Source: Pecten maximus
Taxonomy: Eukaryota
Direction of reading: 5' to 3'
Length of the DNA: 64,000 nt
NCBI RefSeq assembly: GCF_902652985.1
Contig: NC_047016.1
Span: forward strand, 29,078,001-29,142,000
The notes beneath the pieces are model-generated. The model was given only the letters and a program-made list of their open reading frames with translations. It was not told where the DNA came from and searched no databases. This document shows, piece after piece, positions 26,043-41,504 of the stretch. How positions within the stretch are numbered: the first letter of the stretch is position 1; each line of letters starts with the position of its first letter. A program made the translations under genes and the position numbers.

Positions 26043-29000
26043 TGAAAAGAGAGAAAATAGTGTCCATCTCACATAAAAGAATGTAGGTATGTTGAAAAAA
26101 AGCCAAAATCAAATAGTTCCCCGTTTGTTATATTATGACGCCGTCGATGAAGTTATGACGTCATGGTGCTCTTTATTAGTACTATGTTGCCATTAGAGAC
26201 ATCAGAATGGAAGGTGAGGTCTGACTCGAAGCGGGAACGAATAAATATTGATAGTGTGAACTATAGAGTGTATACACATAAAAAAACCTTAAAACCTAAA
26301 ATCAATCTCAGAGAACAGTTAATAATTTCCGACCAAATTCTTAATACTGAAATCACGTGCGCCGAATTTCGTAGCAAGATATAATTGCAAATGCATTTCG
26401 TGATAAAAATGATAAAGTACGCAGATATAAATAATTCATTATAAATAAGGATATTCCCAATCCGATATATCAACTTATTAGTTTGATCCAGGTATTGGTC
26501 CGCCAATGATTCATCAATAAAGGTATAATGTAAATTACTTGTAAGTGGTTTGTAACGGCATATAATTATATATATGTAGTACACTATTTCAGAGTTGAGA
26601 TCAAATCTGTCTGTTGCAAAGATTTAGCCCCGAGGGGGATTTTAGATGAAATTTATATGATGTGTTTCTTCAGATTAGCGGTACACGTCAGCGAACACCT
26701 TGACAGTCGGAAGCCACGGCGCGAATTACAAGGCCTAGTATCTCGTATGTATAAGATGCGTCCGGCGATAAGATAGGTACATTCCTGTACATTCTACACT
26801 CTACCGCTAAATATATGGCCGGTGATGACACCTCTTACAAATATGTCATAACATGCGTCCACGCCATATTGGCAAGCTCTGCTGGATGCCATATCTCGTT
26901 GTCATCTCGCTACCTCTCACGTGACCTTGGCACATTTGGTACCTCTCCAGGTAAAATACAAACGAATTCGATAGTAGCCTTGTGTATTGGGTGCAATAAG
27001 TGTTTCCCGTGTCATTTCTGATTTGACAGATTAAATATATTTCTAATGTGTTTTTGAACTGTGTTTGCAGACTTGATAATTCAAAGAGACGTATACCTGA
27101 ATGGTTTCCATTCCAAAGGAAGGGTATGCTTTAGATATTTCAACAGTTACCAGCATTACCTAACTGCATCACCTAGGAAAGCTTATGTCGACTGTTTCTA
27201 TTTTTCGTATGAACTTTAACCAACGATGAAAGTTCCATCGCAAAAAACATCAGGATATCATATCTATTTCATTCGAATGTGAAGAAGCGATAAATGGCTT
27301 CTATAGCTATGATAGAGACCAAGACTTGTGTTTAGGTAATGTTAATATTTGCATAGATAATACCACCCTTATTTGACTAATATCTGTTATTTTCTAACGA
27401 TAAATCATACAACAAACACACAGGCATCTGTCCGACGTATAGCACGAATGGTTGACACCGATAACGTATTTAACTCACCCATAGAAACAAAGAGTTCGTA
27501 GTAGAATAAATAAATTAGATTATGACCACGGATTCCGAAAACCAGGTTGGGACAGAAAAACGACATTATTAGCATGTGAGTTGTCTTGACACGGGAGGAC
27601 TGGAAACCTAACGAAATATAGGATGTCCCGACCGGTCGGCTAAGTGGATGGAACAGAAGAGATGTCACACGCGTGGAAAACCCAATCTCCGCTACCATAG
27701 CAGATTGGTGACAGTTTATTGTCTTACAAATTTGGGGTTTCATCTTTAATGAAGATGAATCGTTGTATGATGATCAGAGACACAGAACAATATGAAAGCA
27801 GACTTTGCCATCCTAATCAGTTTCATTTTTATAATTTGCGAAAAGCCAAAAAGCTGCCTGCTGAAAAGCAAACGCGATAAAGGGAAAAGACGTGTGATTG
27901 GGTTTTTTGCAGGAAGTGAAAAGTTTGACAGAAACCCCCTTGTGCCAAATTACTTTAAATCGAAATGGGAATGTGCATTGAAAGATTCAGATAATAAAAT
28001 TAAATTTAAAATCGCTACTTTAACTTGTCAGTAGGTCTCAAAGTAAATGGTTTTAATGTAACAACATTCCACACACATACTAATCCGATACAATATCATT
28101 ATGAGTGCACTTTCCCGTGACTTTAAAAGAAGCGAATGTCTTCGCATATCGGTAATAAAGCTACTCCGTTAAAAAGCATTGCGCTAACAAAGAAATGATG
28201 AACCTAGACAAACTAATTGAACCTGATTATTGTGATTGATAATAAACTAACTTAAATATATCATGTTTGTAAATCTCGAACTCAGTTTAATAACTCAGAT
28301 AAAAATCGTACTGGCGGAATTAATACCAAACTGATTTCAGTTTATTTCAAATGTTTTTATCGAAATAAATTGCACACAAAAACCGAGATATCGTCAGCTG
28401 TATACGGTTCGCAAGTAATTTACTCGGAATTCCCATGGAACAAAATTTAATATCCAGACATGTTTTTTGTTTGTTAAGAATAGAGAAAATTATTATTATT
28501 TTTATCGTTAAAACATTAACGCGGAATAGAGTTAATGCGAATTGAAAAATGCAGTACTTTTCTGTAGGGAGACATAGATCATGTTTGAGATACTAGCGGA
28601 AATATATATACATATATTTTAGAATATGTTTGAAATGCGAAAAACACAAATATACAGAATGCAATTTCTCATTAACTGAAAAAACTGTTCCTTTACAATG
28701 GTAACTAAATCTAAATTTTATTGGTCTATGAAAAATAATTTTCAAGCCAAAATGTTATCGTTACCTTACGGAAAATTAGTATCAAAAAGAGTAAACTTTT
28801 CTCAGAATATTTATTACATTACCGAGCGAATTTATTTTTATTATATACATGTATATCTTACATTGAAGAATATTCTCAATATTATTGACTTAAATACAAA
28901 ATTATTTAGATAAAACCTATATGTAATTATATAGAGTTAAAAGGGCGTGAAACAAACATGCGTTTACCCTTTCTACAAATCTATTATATCAAGAAAATTT

Positions 29001-30027
29001 ATGACGCCCTGAATTGAAAACCCGCTTGGCTTCATAGGGTAATATGTCACCAATATATCTTGCCGAGCACGGTGGGTAGCTCACTTGATGGCTTCTCTCA
29101 GGGGTTTTATAGGCCTCGCCATTAGAGCAAAATTAAGGAGCATGAACCCCAATCAAAATAATGGATGTGTAACATACGATAGCTGATAATTATATTCTAC
29201 TATAACAATTCTTTATCGGATGTGAGTGTTAAAAACCCTACGTCATTTGTATTAGAAAAATAGACTTTACTTATACAAATATTGTATAATAAAGGTTTAT
29301 AAAAATATGAAAAAATGCTGATAAATCATAATAAATTGATTTAAATGGAAATTATATATGATACATTCAGATAGCGATCCATCAGGTAAACATTATATAC
29401 AATGAAAATTATTCTATAGCTTATCACATTATTTACTAATTATATAACCCTGATATATTATTAAAGATCACGCACTGTATAAGTATTGCACTGAATGATA
29501 TTTCGGAACATTATAATATATTTTTCGAATAAAATGGAAGGAAAAGCAAACAGAAATATATTTGTATAATTAAACAATTTCTTCTAGGAGGCGAGAGTTC
29601 GTTAAGCGTATACTTAAACATAACAGATGACGAAAAGTTATTGTAGATGAAAAGATTATAATATTATATAATTCTTCACAACTTGAAAAATCTGGAGCCG
29701 ATTCACCACAAATTAAAACACCAGTTTTCTTTCCTTACTTTCGATACAGTAGGCAATTATGCTAGGGTCATAGTACTAGTTATGTAAGTGGCATTTCATT
29801 TCTGGGATATGGGGTGAAAATTGAAGCAAAGTATTTGGGATACGGTTGATATAAAACATTCACTCACTGACCTCTATTTCCACAGACAGGCACAATTTCT
29901 GACGTCCCTGCTTCACATATAATGCCGTGTGTTATATAATTAACAAGAGGTAGACACACTCTCGACATGCTTTCCTCAAATCAGCCCAACATCCTTTCCA
30001 TCTTCCTATACTTCTTAATATCTCCTC

Positions 30028-30043
30028 TGACCCGTGTTGACCT
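30028..30043 (-). promoter_or_regulatory. Perfect DR4 nuclear-receptor element AGGTCA-acac-GGGTCA
   Basis: Plus strand TGACCCGTGTTGACCT; motif match only. Confidence 0.35.
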
Positions 30044-32509
30044 TACGTGTTAGAGTTTTCCATGCCAATTCCCCGCAAAATAGCAGGTGCTGAATTGTTC
30101 AAAGTAATGCAAAACACAAATTGACAATGAATGAAAACCGAAAAGTTACCAGATAATCCAACAGTAAAAACACGAAATACCAGTAAAATACCGTTACTGA
30201 ATTGACCCGATGGGTAAGTTTATCGGCTAGCACAGCCTGCTGTGCTCAATCACATCCTTACACACTATAGTGATTCTCATAGTTGTTTTTGTCAGAATAC
30301 AGTACAAAGTTAGAGAACTACAGTTCCAGTCAAATATTCATCTGTAGAACATCAACCCGACTGTCTATCTATCACTGTTCACAACCGTGTTCTCATGTGA
30401 AAAACCTGACGGCCGTTTTCAATATGGCAACATTCTTTCTCGGATACGCTGTTTTAACTCGGATTCATTCATGCGGAACAGATCAAAACACGTGAAGCAA
30501 ATTTGAAATGGTCTTTATGTTTGTCTGTGTCACTAACCCATAAACCACCCTTTCACCAAACACCAGTGTGAGATACACGGGCCAAGGGAGTTTTACCCGG
30601 AGTGACCCGGGGTTTGTACGGTTGTGACAGAAAATAGAGTATTAGTTTAATGTATATTGCACAATACTTTATTCCCGGATCTCTCACACATTATCGCACA
30701 AGTTTAATAGAAAATACGGATCTAGTCCGGTAAAATATTTGATACAATACCTCAAATGTAATTATCATAAATTCCTCCTCTATACATTAAAATTTTAGTA
30801 TGCCTATTATTTAAGAAGATCAATGTTTGTGTTGACGTGCCGATTTGTAAATTACTATATTTCATTGGTAATTATTATTTTACATAAAGTATCGGTTAAT
30901 TACATAGCGTATGTTGTGGTTAAATAATCCAAATAATTTAATAATGTGGCTAATTCAGTTTCATTTTTCTAATAATGCATAAAATTTTCAAAAATATTCA
31001 ACTTATGAGCAAATCGTAAAGAATTAATGCAAAAAGAAAAAAAAATGTATCTATAGAGTGCACATCTCTGTTGTTGTTTCTGTACAAAGAAGACCCCACA
31101 GATAGTACATATACAGTGCGATAAATTCATATTATAACCTACGTATACTACTGTGTGGTAGGTACTGTGATTGTACATAGCCACGTGAATGTAACTAAAT
31201 TAGCTAAATAGAAGGTGAAGGGGGAATAACTCTAATTACATTCCGTTAATTAACTGCGACGCCCATTGTCGCATCTTTTAACATATAGTGGTAAAGAACT
31301 CTCATGAGGCACTGATATAGTTAGTAATAAGCATGGAATAATCAATGCAATACTGGCACGTAAATTGAAAATAAGATAAATAAATGAAATAAAAAAATAT
31401 TTTCAAAGATTAATATGTTAATATTATCTTCATTATAAAAGAAAATTATGTCTAAACTTGTATTTTACAAAATATAATTCATCTAAATCTTCACACATGA
31501 AATAATGTCACCTGTCGAACAAACATACTTACGTAAGATTGTACATGCTAGCACAAAAACGATGATGATGAAATAGGTATCTGTGTATAATAGGCGGTAT
31601 GTTTGATAAAATGTGATACTTATTCACCGAATTTCAATAAACACATTTTTTAATATTTTTGTTTTCAATTTGCAAATTTGAAATGTCGAAAAATATAGCA
31701 GTATAAAAAAAGTATATATATACAGAGGTGCTATCTATATGCTTAATGCGCATTGGTGAATTAACTGCAGAATTATTATTATTTTTTTTTTTTTTTTTTG
31801 TTATAATTTCGACAGGAAACAGAGAATAGGCTAATTTCTGCTAAGTAATTTGAGGTGTAAATATGGATGAATTTCTGGTCCTTGTATTTAATGCGTGCCG
31901 TGTTGGATTATTTATACAGTAACAAATGGAAAGTACCATGTACATTAAAAACAGGAATACTATATTTTGAGAATTCAGTCTCCACAAATGCACATATTAC
32001 AGTATTCTCTTTAAATTAGACAATGGGATATCGAAAACACGTGACATATTCAATAGAATACATGACAAAAACTCTTAGTTATTTTTTATCTAAAACTATA
32101 TATAAAACGTTACTTTCTAATTCATCCATGAATAATCAGTCCGTGCATTGCTATTTTTGATTTAATTATGCCCAACTTAGCTAGTACTGAGTTTCCGTGA
32201 ACACAAGCCGAAGTACATCTGGCCGTCCTACAGAGTGATACATTTCACCCCGTTCCTTATATGTACCGTATAAGCACCGTCTCTCAGCTGATGGCCCTCA
32301 TCTATCATTTGCCATGAATGGGTCTACTTTTTCTATCTGTTCTCTTCTCATGCAAACTTTGTAAAAATTGGAAAATAATTGCCACAAAGCTGAGATAACA
32401 ATTGGTTCTGAATTGCTTCCCTACTGCTAAGTGACAATCCATCGTTTGTCGATGAACGAGCAGCGCAACGTTAAGATGTTTGTAGGTTTTATTCTGTGCA
32501 TTTTTATTT

Positions 32510-32560
32510 TGACATCTGACAGAATTGATAAATTAATATAACAAAAGGTCGTTTGTCAAT
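32510..32560 (+). promoter_or_regulatory. Meis plus Pbx-Hox composite site
   Basis: TGACA-tc-TGACAG-aat-TGATAAAT, with a further TGTCA about 20 bp downstream. Confidence 0.35.
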
Positions 32561-35500
32561 GGTTTTGAAATCCCGGCACGAAACACAGAGTCGTTACTTT
32601 GCGTTCGGAAACAAAACGAACTGGTTGTAAGTTGAATATTCAGGGATTATCGTTGTGGTGTGCAAATGGCATTGAAAAACTACGACATTTATTTATAAAT
32701 TCGGAAGTTTCCGTTGGTTTATGCAGAACATCACAGAATTAGGTTATAAGAAGGTAATGTTATTTTTTACATTGTTCTGATATGTGTGTTGAATATCTAA
32801 CAGTAAATACACTACAATGAACTATATATACAGTATATATGTGTGTGTTTAAATTGTGATTCGTTTTATTTGTAATTTACGCAATAGTTTAGGGAGAGTT
32901 CTATAATATATAGGCTTGCATTATAATGGTATCAGCGTATTTAATTTTAAGTCTTTGGAAAAATTTGCACTAATGTACATTTTTTTATCTTAGATTTTTC
33001 TGACAAAAACACACATGAATCATTCTCTAGACAGAGGGGAGCAGGCATACAAAATGTTAATGGACAATAATATTTTAGCATCATATAACGAGGAGGAAAA
33101 TACATTAATCACGTGAACATTTTCAACCACCCATGTGTTCATACCTATGATATTTTATTCATGTGTGGTTCATGCCATAAAATATATTTAAAGCGATGAT
33201 ATGCTTTGAGTCAATTTACCTCCGAACGTGACTGAAAATCCCCAGAAAAAACCCTTATATTTAGCTAGTGTTAAATGGGACACCTATTCAGGTATATCGT
33301 ACTCGGTAAATCAAAATGAAAACATGCTTATGTTTTAATTTTGCTTAGAAATGTTTAACCCTTCAATGGAGTCTAAATAATTGTTTATATTTTGTAAATT
33401 TTGATATTAATACAATATCATATTTAACATTTGAAGTCCAATACACATAACTGGATATTCTTAACCATATTTTAGTGTTAATTGTTTTGTTAATTAACAC
33501 GTATATATGGTATGTACACAGAGCGCTGTGGACACTAGTGATTTGAATATGAAGTGCCCGTCAGTGTTTACAAAGAGTATTTATAAATCGCCCTTTCTGA
33601 AAGATTTCCGCTCGAAATCAGAGAAACACCGAACGGTTCAACAATCAAAAGAATACGATTACAGATAACATCCCCGCGTACGTTTCACACAATGTCTACA
33701 TTGCATAAATTTCCCTGTTAAAGTACACATCGTTTCTGATGATAAACGTACTCTAACAACTTATCACAGAAAGAGTATGTAGGATGAACGCTAAATCAAA
33801 ATAAATTACGTTTACCGTTTCATATTTAACAATACAATAATATATGGGTTTTTTTTCACTCGCTTGGTCAACATGAATTATCGACAATAGAAATGTAATA
33901 TATTCTGTACGTTTCTTTCTTTCTTTTCTCTCTTTTTTTCAACGTCATGCTATTTATCTTCTTATTTATTTTACATTTTAATATAATTTTATCCTAGTTT
34001 AAAATTCTGCAAGAACCTATTCATTTGTATGAACATTGTATTTTTGCTAAAAAGATCAACTGAGTTCATTTTTAACAACTTTAGGACACATAAAACATTA
34101 AAAAAAATAAATGTTTTTGATATTTATATATTACATTTTTGTGAATAGTTTTTTTTTACATAACGTATCTCTAAACATACTACATTTAATTAATGTAATT
34201 TTTTCTATAATGATTTCACATGTATTATACTTTTCATTGTTTGGTATGTGATTATGTATTTATCAATGAACATTCAGAAGGAACATAGATTTATATATGG
34301 AAAAACTTAATTAATGATGATAGTTTTTTTAGAATCATTGTAGTATTTTTTTTATCAATTTTTATTTTATTTATAGCAATATTTGTTTACGTATATTTGT
34401 TATGTTTTTAATCTATCTGATCTTGACGTTTTAGAAGAATAATAATCTAAGATTGAAGTGGACGTGAATTGCTTGTTGAAATTCGACATTTACGTGACAA
34501 GTATGTCAATTTTCGAAACATTTTATGTGAAATGTTCAATTCCATTTTAACACATCCCCCTTGTCCGACACAATGACTGTATCTTGTTGTAGATTCTGTT
34601 TGAAAGGTTGGACTATTCGATCTGAAGTTTATACAATGAATACAAATCGAATTCTGTAGTATGTATTTTTCTCTCTCAGGTTAGCAGATGTTAAGCTCTC
34701 AAAAGCCTCCCTAGTATCAAAGCAATTGTGAACGCGGGGTAATAAACTTCTGACTCGCGAGGGATTTTATATAGAAAATTAATGCTATTCGTTGGTGATT
34801 GGTTGCAGTAACATTCATGTGCGCCTTCAAAAAGATAAATCTGTTTGGCACACATATTCAATGTTGTATGTATGCTCCAGTATTGATTTCACCTTACATA
34901 TTTTCGCCAACTGCTCGACTGTTGTAACAATGGTTGATGTATATTGTTCAACTATTTCAAAAAAAAAAAAAAAAAAAAATATGCATCTGTCTTAAACACA
35001 AATCCTATTCGAATATGATAGATCAGGAAAGCATGTTTAGATTAAAAAGATCGATTCAGCCAAAATCACGATGCCGCAATGGGTTACATAATCAGCAGAT
35101 ATGGCAATACATCTTATTACAATAAAGCTTAATCTATTATCTGTACATTTCCCTTGGCAACTGAAGTATACTTTCATTTTTGCCCTAAAATGGAAACTGT
35201 CGACAAATCACGTTATAAAGTATGAATGTGTAGGTTAAGGCTCTGTGTGAACCATTCTGTGACCAGCAGATCATCTCTACTGTAAGGGAAGACTGTCTGG
35301 TGACATTTTGCATACTGTGGATGTCATGCTGGCTTAAGGTGCAATACTGGTGATTTTGTACCTTGTTGACACCCTACTACACGGTCTGTACAGAGGACAG
35401 GTCTGTAGTGTGTTGTTATTCGTATCCGTGTTAACACGAGTTTACAGAGTCACCAGAAAGCCACTATGAAAACAGAAATACAATAGAAGCAGTTAGAATC

Positions 35501-36382
35501 TGAGGTAGCCGCAAGTCAAAGCGGTGTTTTCTCAGTAAACACGTTGTCAGGTTGTGAAAACACGTGTGACATTGACGTGGAATAGGATACACACAGTCAG
35601 GTGAAGATGCAAAGATTCTCCCAGTAAAGTATTGTCACCTTCCAGTGCCTCTAACGCGGGAATGGAAATTCATTGTCTTTGTCGTACCATATATCTTATA
35701 TTGTACATGTTTATAAGTAATTTAAGAGATATTTAGCGTTGAGATTCTTTTGAATTCATTTGCCATAACTGTTTACAGTTTGTTTACAAAGTGAACAATT
35801 ACGACACGACATTAACAAGCATGAAAAGCTTGTGGGACGCAATCCTTGTATAGCTAGGGGTGTAGTTCTGGCTCCAGAAGACATCACTATGGAATTCACA
35901 GTGAAAAAACGTCTTGTCAGCGCGGTGTCAGTTTACTATATTTTGATCACCGAAGTGCGATGCTGGTGATGGGATATACAGTGATATACTAGAGAACATA
36001 TAACCCCATGTCTAGTGATATATATGTGTAGATATATGTAACAGTATATATGTATTTCTTCATATGACACAGTTTACATGTTTTGCATTATTTTTCAATA
36101 ATTACGGAAAATGACCCAGTAAGTACGACGATTATGCAATGATTTTCTTCATATAACGATGGAAACATTTATATTTTTATATAGTGATGAATAATTAATA
36201 TACTGAAACATACTGTTTATATTTACATCATAGACCAGTTAATAGATGGGTAAATAAAGTTATAATTCAAAGAGTCATGGATGCCATTTAGATATTCAAT
36301 AGATCTGAAGAATATTATATTAACATAATATATATTAAATTTCATAGAGCATTCGATATTAGTAAAACTGCATAGGGTGATG

Positions 36383-36548
36383 GTCTCTAAAATATCAAAT
36401 TTATGAATAGAATTGAGCTTTATAATTTTGCTCAATAGGATATGTCTGATTCTGGGGACCGTATGTTTCAATCTAGGGGGAGATAATCTAGTATTATAAT
36501 TAAGCTGGGCAATTCTTCGCAAAAAACTTAGCTGTTGGCGGCCAGACT
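36383..36548 (+). mobile_element. MITE copy 1 (termini degraded)
   Basis: Aligns by eye over about 165 bp with 42668-42830 (shared AATTGAGCTTTAT, TAGGATATGTCTGATTCT, GGCAATTCTT, CAAAAAACTTAG). Confidence 0.7.
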
Positions 36549-39500
36549 CAGGGTGGAAAGTTTGGGGTGAAATGCAGTATTTATATCTAGTTTAGTGTGC
36601 TGATTGTAGAATAAACATTGTAGTAGCTTAGTTTTTTTAGAAAAAAATGTAACCATTGATTTAGAATAGAAAAAAAATGTAACCATTTATTTTAACGACC
36701 TATTCCACATCATGTCATGACTATGAAGTAATCAATCTGATGTCAACAAACAATATTTGTAACACTGGAAAATAATTTATTTCACATATTGCATTAAAGG
36801 AAATATTTAAATATATTGTTCAAAACCCCACAAAAAAGGTTAAAAAACGAGCGCAATTGACTCCAACTGATCTGGCCAATGTCGGAAGTATTGACAAAAA
36901 TCTACTTATACAATGCAAATATTATTCAAGCTAACAATCTGTGACCTTGCTAATGGATTGGTTGGATTATCGCTAGAAGTATACGTAAAGATTTTGCTTA
37001 TTACACACCAAACGTCTTCAAAGCATTACGACCCATTGAAATGGAATAGATTCTTAAGGATAATAGAAAGTTAATGACACAACCTATTCCTTCTTCAAAT
37101 TTATTCATTTACCAGACTGAGAATAGAAATCTTCAAAACGAATATTTGAAAAAGTAGCCAAACTAACGATGAATTGGTAAGAAAGAATCGTGTGACTTGG
37201 AGAACAAATTATCAAACCTTTTGATTAACAAATACTTTGATATCTGTTTGAAATAATGTTATTTGAATAACCAATTAGTACTTTAAAATGGAATTAAAGA
37301 GGCGAAAATTCGATACAGATCTCCATCAAAAGTTTTTTTTTCATAAATTGTTCATCAAAAATGATATTGATTTCAAGATAAAAAGACAAAGAATCGCATT
37401 TAAAATTTTTGCTCCAAACATCGTAAAAATATCCTTTTCAGTATCGTCTACTTGACCATGCATGCCGTGGTATGAAGGCGTGTGATCGTACAAAACATTT
37501 ACCTCCTATATAGCATCCTAATGAATTGGGCGTCTTTTGAACTGACAAGTGTCATGATAAATTTTCCATTCATATCTGAAAATTTATGTGAATTTCAGTT
37601 AGCGACATTTCTGTTAACATATATTTCGCATTAAACGCCCGCTACGAATAAATGCTTTTGGTTTTTAATCATTTCTAAGCTTTATTATCCCTTTGCCGTC
37701 GTATTTTACAAGGATATATTTTCATTATGTATCACCAAGTAGTATATCGATATTAATAGACAGTTAGCCACATATAACAAAAGTGTCTGTCCAGATAGGA
37801 ACCTTCTAATGTATCTGTGGTATACAAAACCATGTACCCAACACCTAACCGAATATCATTGTCTGTGTCGGGTCACAAGCAGATACATATAAAGTACAAA
37901 GTTCATGTCTTTTGACACGTGGTTTTATAACAGAAAGAATCAGACGCAGGCCCTTGGTTAGGGTTAGATATTATTTCGTCTGGAGATACCATGACATCCA
38001 AAAGAAATTCAACAACTTTGATTCAAGAAAAACAATCTCTTGGCTATAATGCTATTTAACGCTGAATATGAGAAACATGTGACGTAACATATTGATTACG
38101 TCATCATGTAGAATGAATATTTATGACTAATATCTTGTGATACCTTGTTATAAAACTTTAAGGGTCAGATCATTAATAACTACCCACCATTAGGTATGTC
38201 AATATTTGATTAGACAAAAAAAAAAAAACCAAAACAAACAACCAAACAAATAAACAAACCTCCCAGTGATATTTGAAGCAGTTTTAATCATGGATTAGAA
38301 AGCTTGTTATTGTCATCTTCTAATTCCACATAACAAAACGTTTTAAAGTCGCGTGTAGCAACTAAACATCTGACTACTTGCTGTCAATGGTGAGGTTAAT
38401 ATTGTCCTAGCCAGTCCTCTTTTGGTACAGAAGTTGGTTGGTGACATTATACGATGATATCAACAGTCAGTGAGACATATATTTAATAATATAAATCAAA
38501 TAATAGGTTCTAGTTTGCATTTCTTAAAAAGAGAGACGAAATGCTTATCTAGATACTATTATCATTGTAGGAATCAGTTATATGACAACTGTCAAGTATA
38601 ACCATTGTGTTGTATTTAATGATATCCATTTTGGGGAGTCAGATTCCACATCGTCATTGGGTGGATTCGAAGTCAGGATATATACTCAATAGCATGACAC
38701 GACAAAAACATAAACCACAAAAAATGATGGGATCACAAGGATAAAGCATTAGAAATTAATAACATATCTGTCCGAGGTGAACAGGGTTCAGGTCATAAGT
38801 GTACCCAGTAACTATTATATTACACTAGTTTGTTAATATTGCAATTCCATCATATTAAGCTGAATAATAACCATGATATGCCCTTGGTATATTTGAAATC
38901 AAAACGGCGGTGATATAATTATTATCATGCAGAACAATAACAATAGTAATTCTTGTCTTTTCTTTCATTAAGCAATAGTCGATATCATACATTGCAGTGT
39001 ATCAACATAGAGCTTTGGAAAGTATGCATGTCCTAGAAGTTATCTGATTTAATCTTACTCTGCTGATTGATTTCTGCATTGGGAAGAGTCACTCCTTGCT
39101 ACAGGAGTTGGTCCAATTTTGACAACAGGCACATGGGAAGTTGTAGCCTCGCGTTAGTTTTCTGTCTGGTCGGTTAAGGGAAACTATCTATTTAGACAGT
39201 TTTAACACTTGAACTTGATGTATCTGACATTGATACGACCCGACTTTCCTGATTCAATGACCCTGCTCCATATCTTGACAATGAAAATAAAAGATAGGCA
39301 CCTCTTCAGTTTAACTCAGATGTAAATTACCCCTCCCTTTTTGAATCTCGTTCTCGCGAGACAAAGGCGAGATAAAAGATATGCAAAAGTAGATCTTAGG
39401 TTTGTCAAACCTATCACGAGAACTACTTGAATTTTAACAGAGAATAAAATGCCAAATCTAATGGAGTGTTCTGTGGAAACTGGATCGCGATAGTCAGAGG

Positions 39501-41504
39501 GTCTATGTTATTAATGAATGCAAGATACGTGAATGGATAATTCGGAATTGATTCGTAGTAGTGTAATCGGGTGACTAGGCTGACACACCGTAAAAGGATA
39601 TGCTAAACTGTGTCCCGATAGGGTGAACACAGGTATACGGACAAATATGGCTAGCACAATGAACGAATAGCGAACCTCTTGAGTTCATGGCCGGCGTATT
39701 TGGGACGTATTGTAAGCCACTTATGCGGCATGTGTCAGCTACAAAAGATGCTATACAGCATACTTCGCATGTTCCCGATTTTACACGAGCTTATATGTTA
39801 CCGAGTGTATTTTGAATATATTATCATTTAGGTCATTTCCGGACCTTGGTGTCATTTAGTGTATATCACCTCACCCATTTCATAGCGTTCTCCGAATGAT
39901 TACGACAGCATCAGATAAAATCCTAGTTTTTATTGTGATATGTTTTACTTCATATTTCCCGCCTGTGTGGTATGATATGCCCTTCTGTCAGGAAACATGG
40001 AAAATAGGTTGCATTCATGTTTCCATACACTATGTTGTTTGTTTTTATTTTTGTTTTTATCTTGAGGGGTTGTCTAAAGACATCCCTAAGAAAAGTCTTG
40101 AATGGTTCGCTAATAAGACTAAGTAGTAAGTTAAGCCCATGTTGGGCTCGTAATAAGAATATCAGTATCTAAATTTCTGGTTTTGAAACATTAAGAACCT
40201 CTTGCAGATACTTTAGTGCACACATTTTGTTTGATGTGTGTGTTGAAAATTCATTATCTTGACGTAAGAAAACATGATTGTCTCAGACATCATTTTGCAA
40301 TGAACCGGATATGCGAATAAGTGAGATTGTCTTCATAGACTACTTTTGGCCTCTAAACCATCCTGAATGCAACCCAGGTTTTCCCTGACCACAGAATTCT
40401 GTTAATATGCATTTCGTTTATTCTCCTGCAATGCACGTTCATGTTATTAGTTTTTGCTCAGATGAACACGAAACAATTAAACTGGAAGTAGCAAATGAAG
40501 CACTGACGTCAATGGACAGATATCAAGCTAAAGATGTCGAATCTGGAAAAAAAACTATTGTCGCAACTCAACTGTACTTAAAACTGTAGACAACGAGTTC
40601 TAAATCACAAAGAGCTTCAAGACGGGTACAACAACTGCACGTGCATAATGATTGATGATGCTCACGAGCGCACGTGCAGTGGTCGTCTGCTTGAAAACTT
40701 CATGTTGTCAAGTGACATTTGATGCTAAACTAGGTCACACTTTAGAGACGAAAGCACATGAGTGGTATGAGGCTGGAGACAATACTTCCTACGAACAGCA
40801 CAGGAATAATGCCTAGACAAGGATCTGGGTACACAAATGCCGGTCGTCACTGTGACACCGCAAACTGACAAACATCCTCAATGTTATGTTTAAGACACAG
40901 CCTATGTTAATTTCAAAACAAAACTCAATTGCAACATGTCATTTCATTACGAAAACAACTAGTTTGTACATCTGTTTTGCTATGGGGTTGTGATGATACA
41001 CTGGAGCTATATATTACCTAGAAAATGAGATATTTTCCAATAAATGAACCACCATTGAAAATTCTACAATAAATGTTACCTTAGATAATTCCTATCACTG
41101 GCAGATGATATGCAATACCGACATTTTACTGCCATACATAGGAATATAGTAAAATTTTAAAAGAAAGGAGAGGGACATTAATGTGTATAGCTCTAAACAT
41201 TGATTAACTTGTAGACTAGTGTCAAGCATTATCCAAGGATAATTGCATAAAAGCGGAGTAGTCAATTTAAGTTTCTGTCTCAGGCTACATAATGGATGTA
41301 TTAGGATTGTAGAATGTAAGTGCGAGTAAATGTATTATAAAATTATCATTTTGTAAGTTATATGGTACCCCAAAAACTGTCTACGCTTTGCTTTTTCTAC
41401 AAACTATCCAGTTTTTACCATCACATGTGACAAGGGATGACTACAAACCACGATGGAAAGTGTCCACGAACATCACATATTTGATAGTATACTTCTGTGT
41501 TGAA

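Noticed and set aside
40407-40880. Coding-like composition (DEHETIKLEVANEAL..., TCSGRLLENF)
   Set aside because: Broken by stops with no recognisable domain; could be a decayed pseudogene but needs BLASTX.
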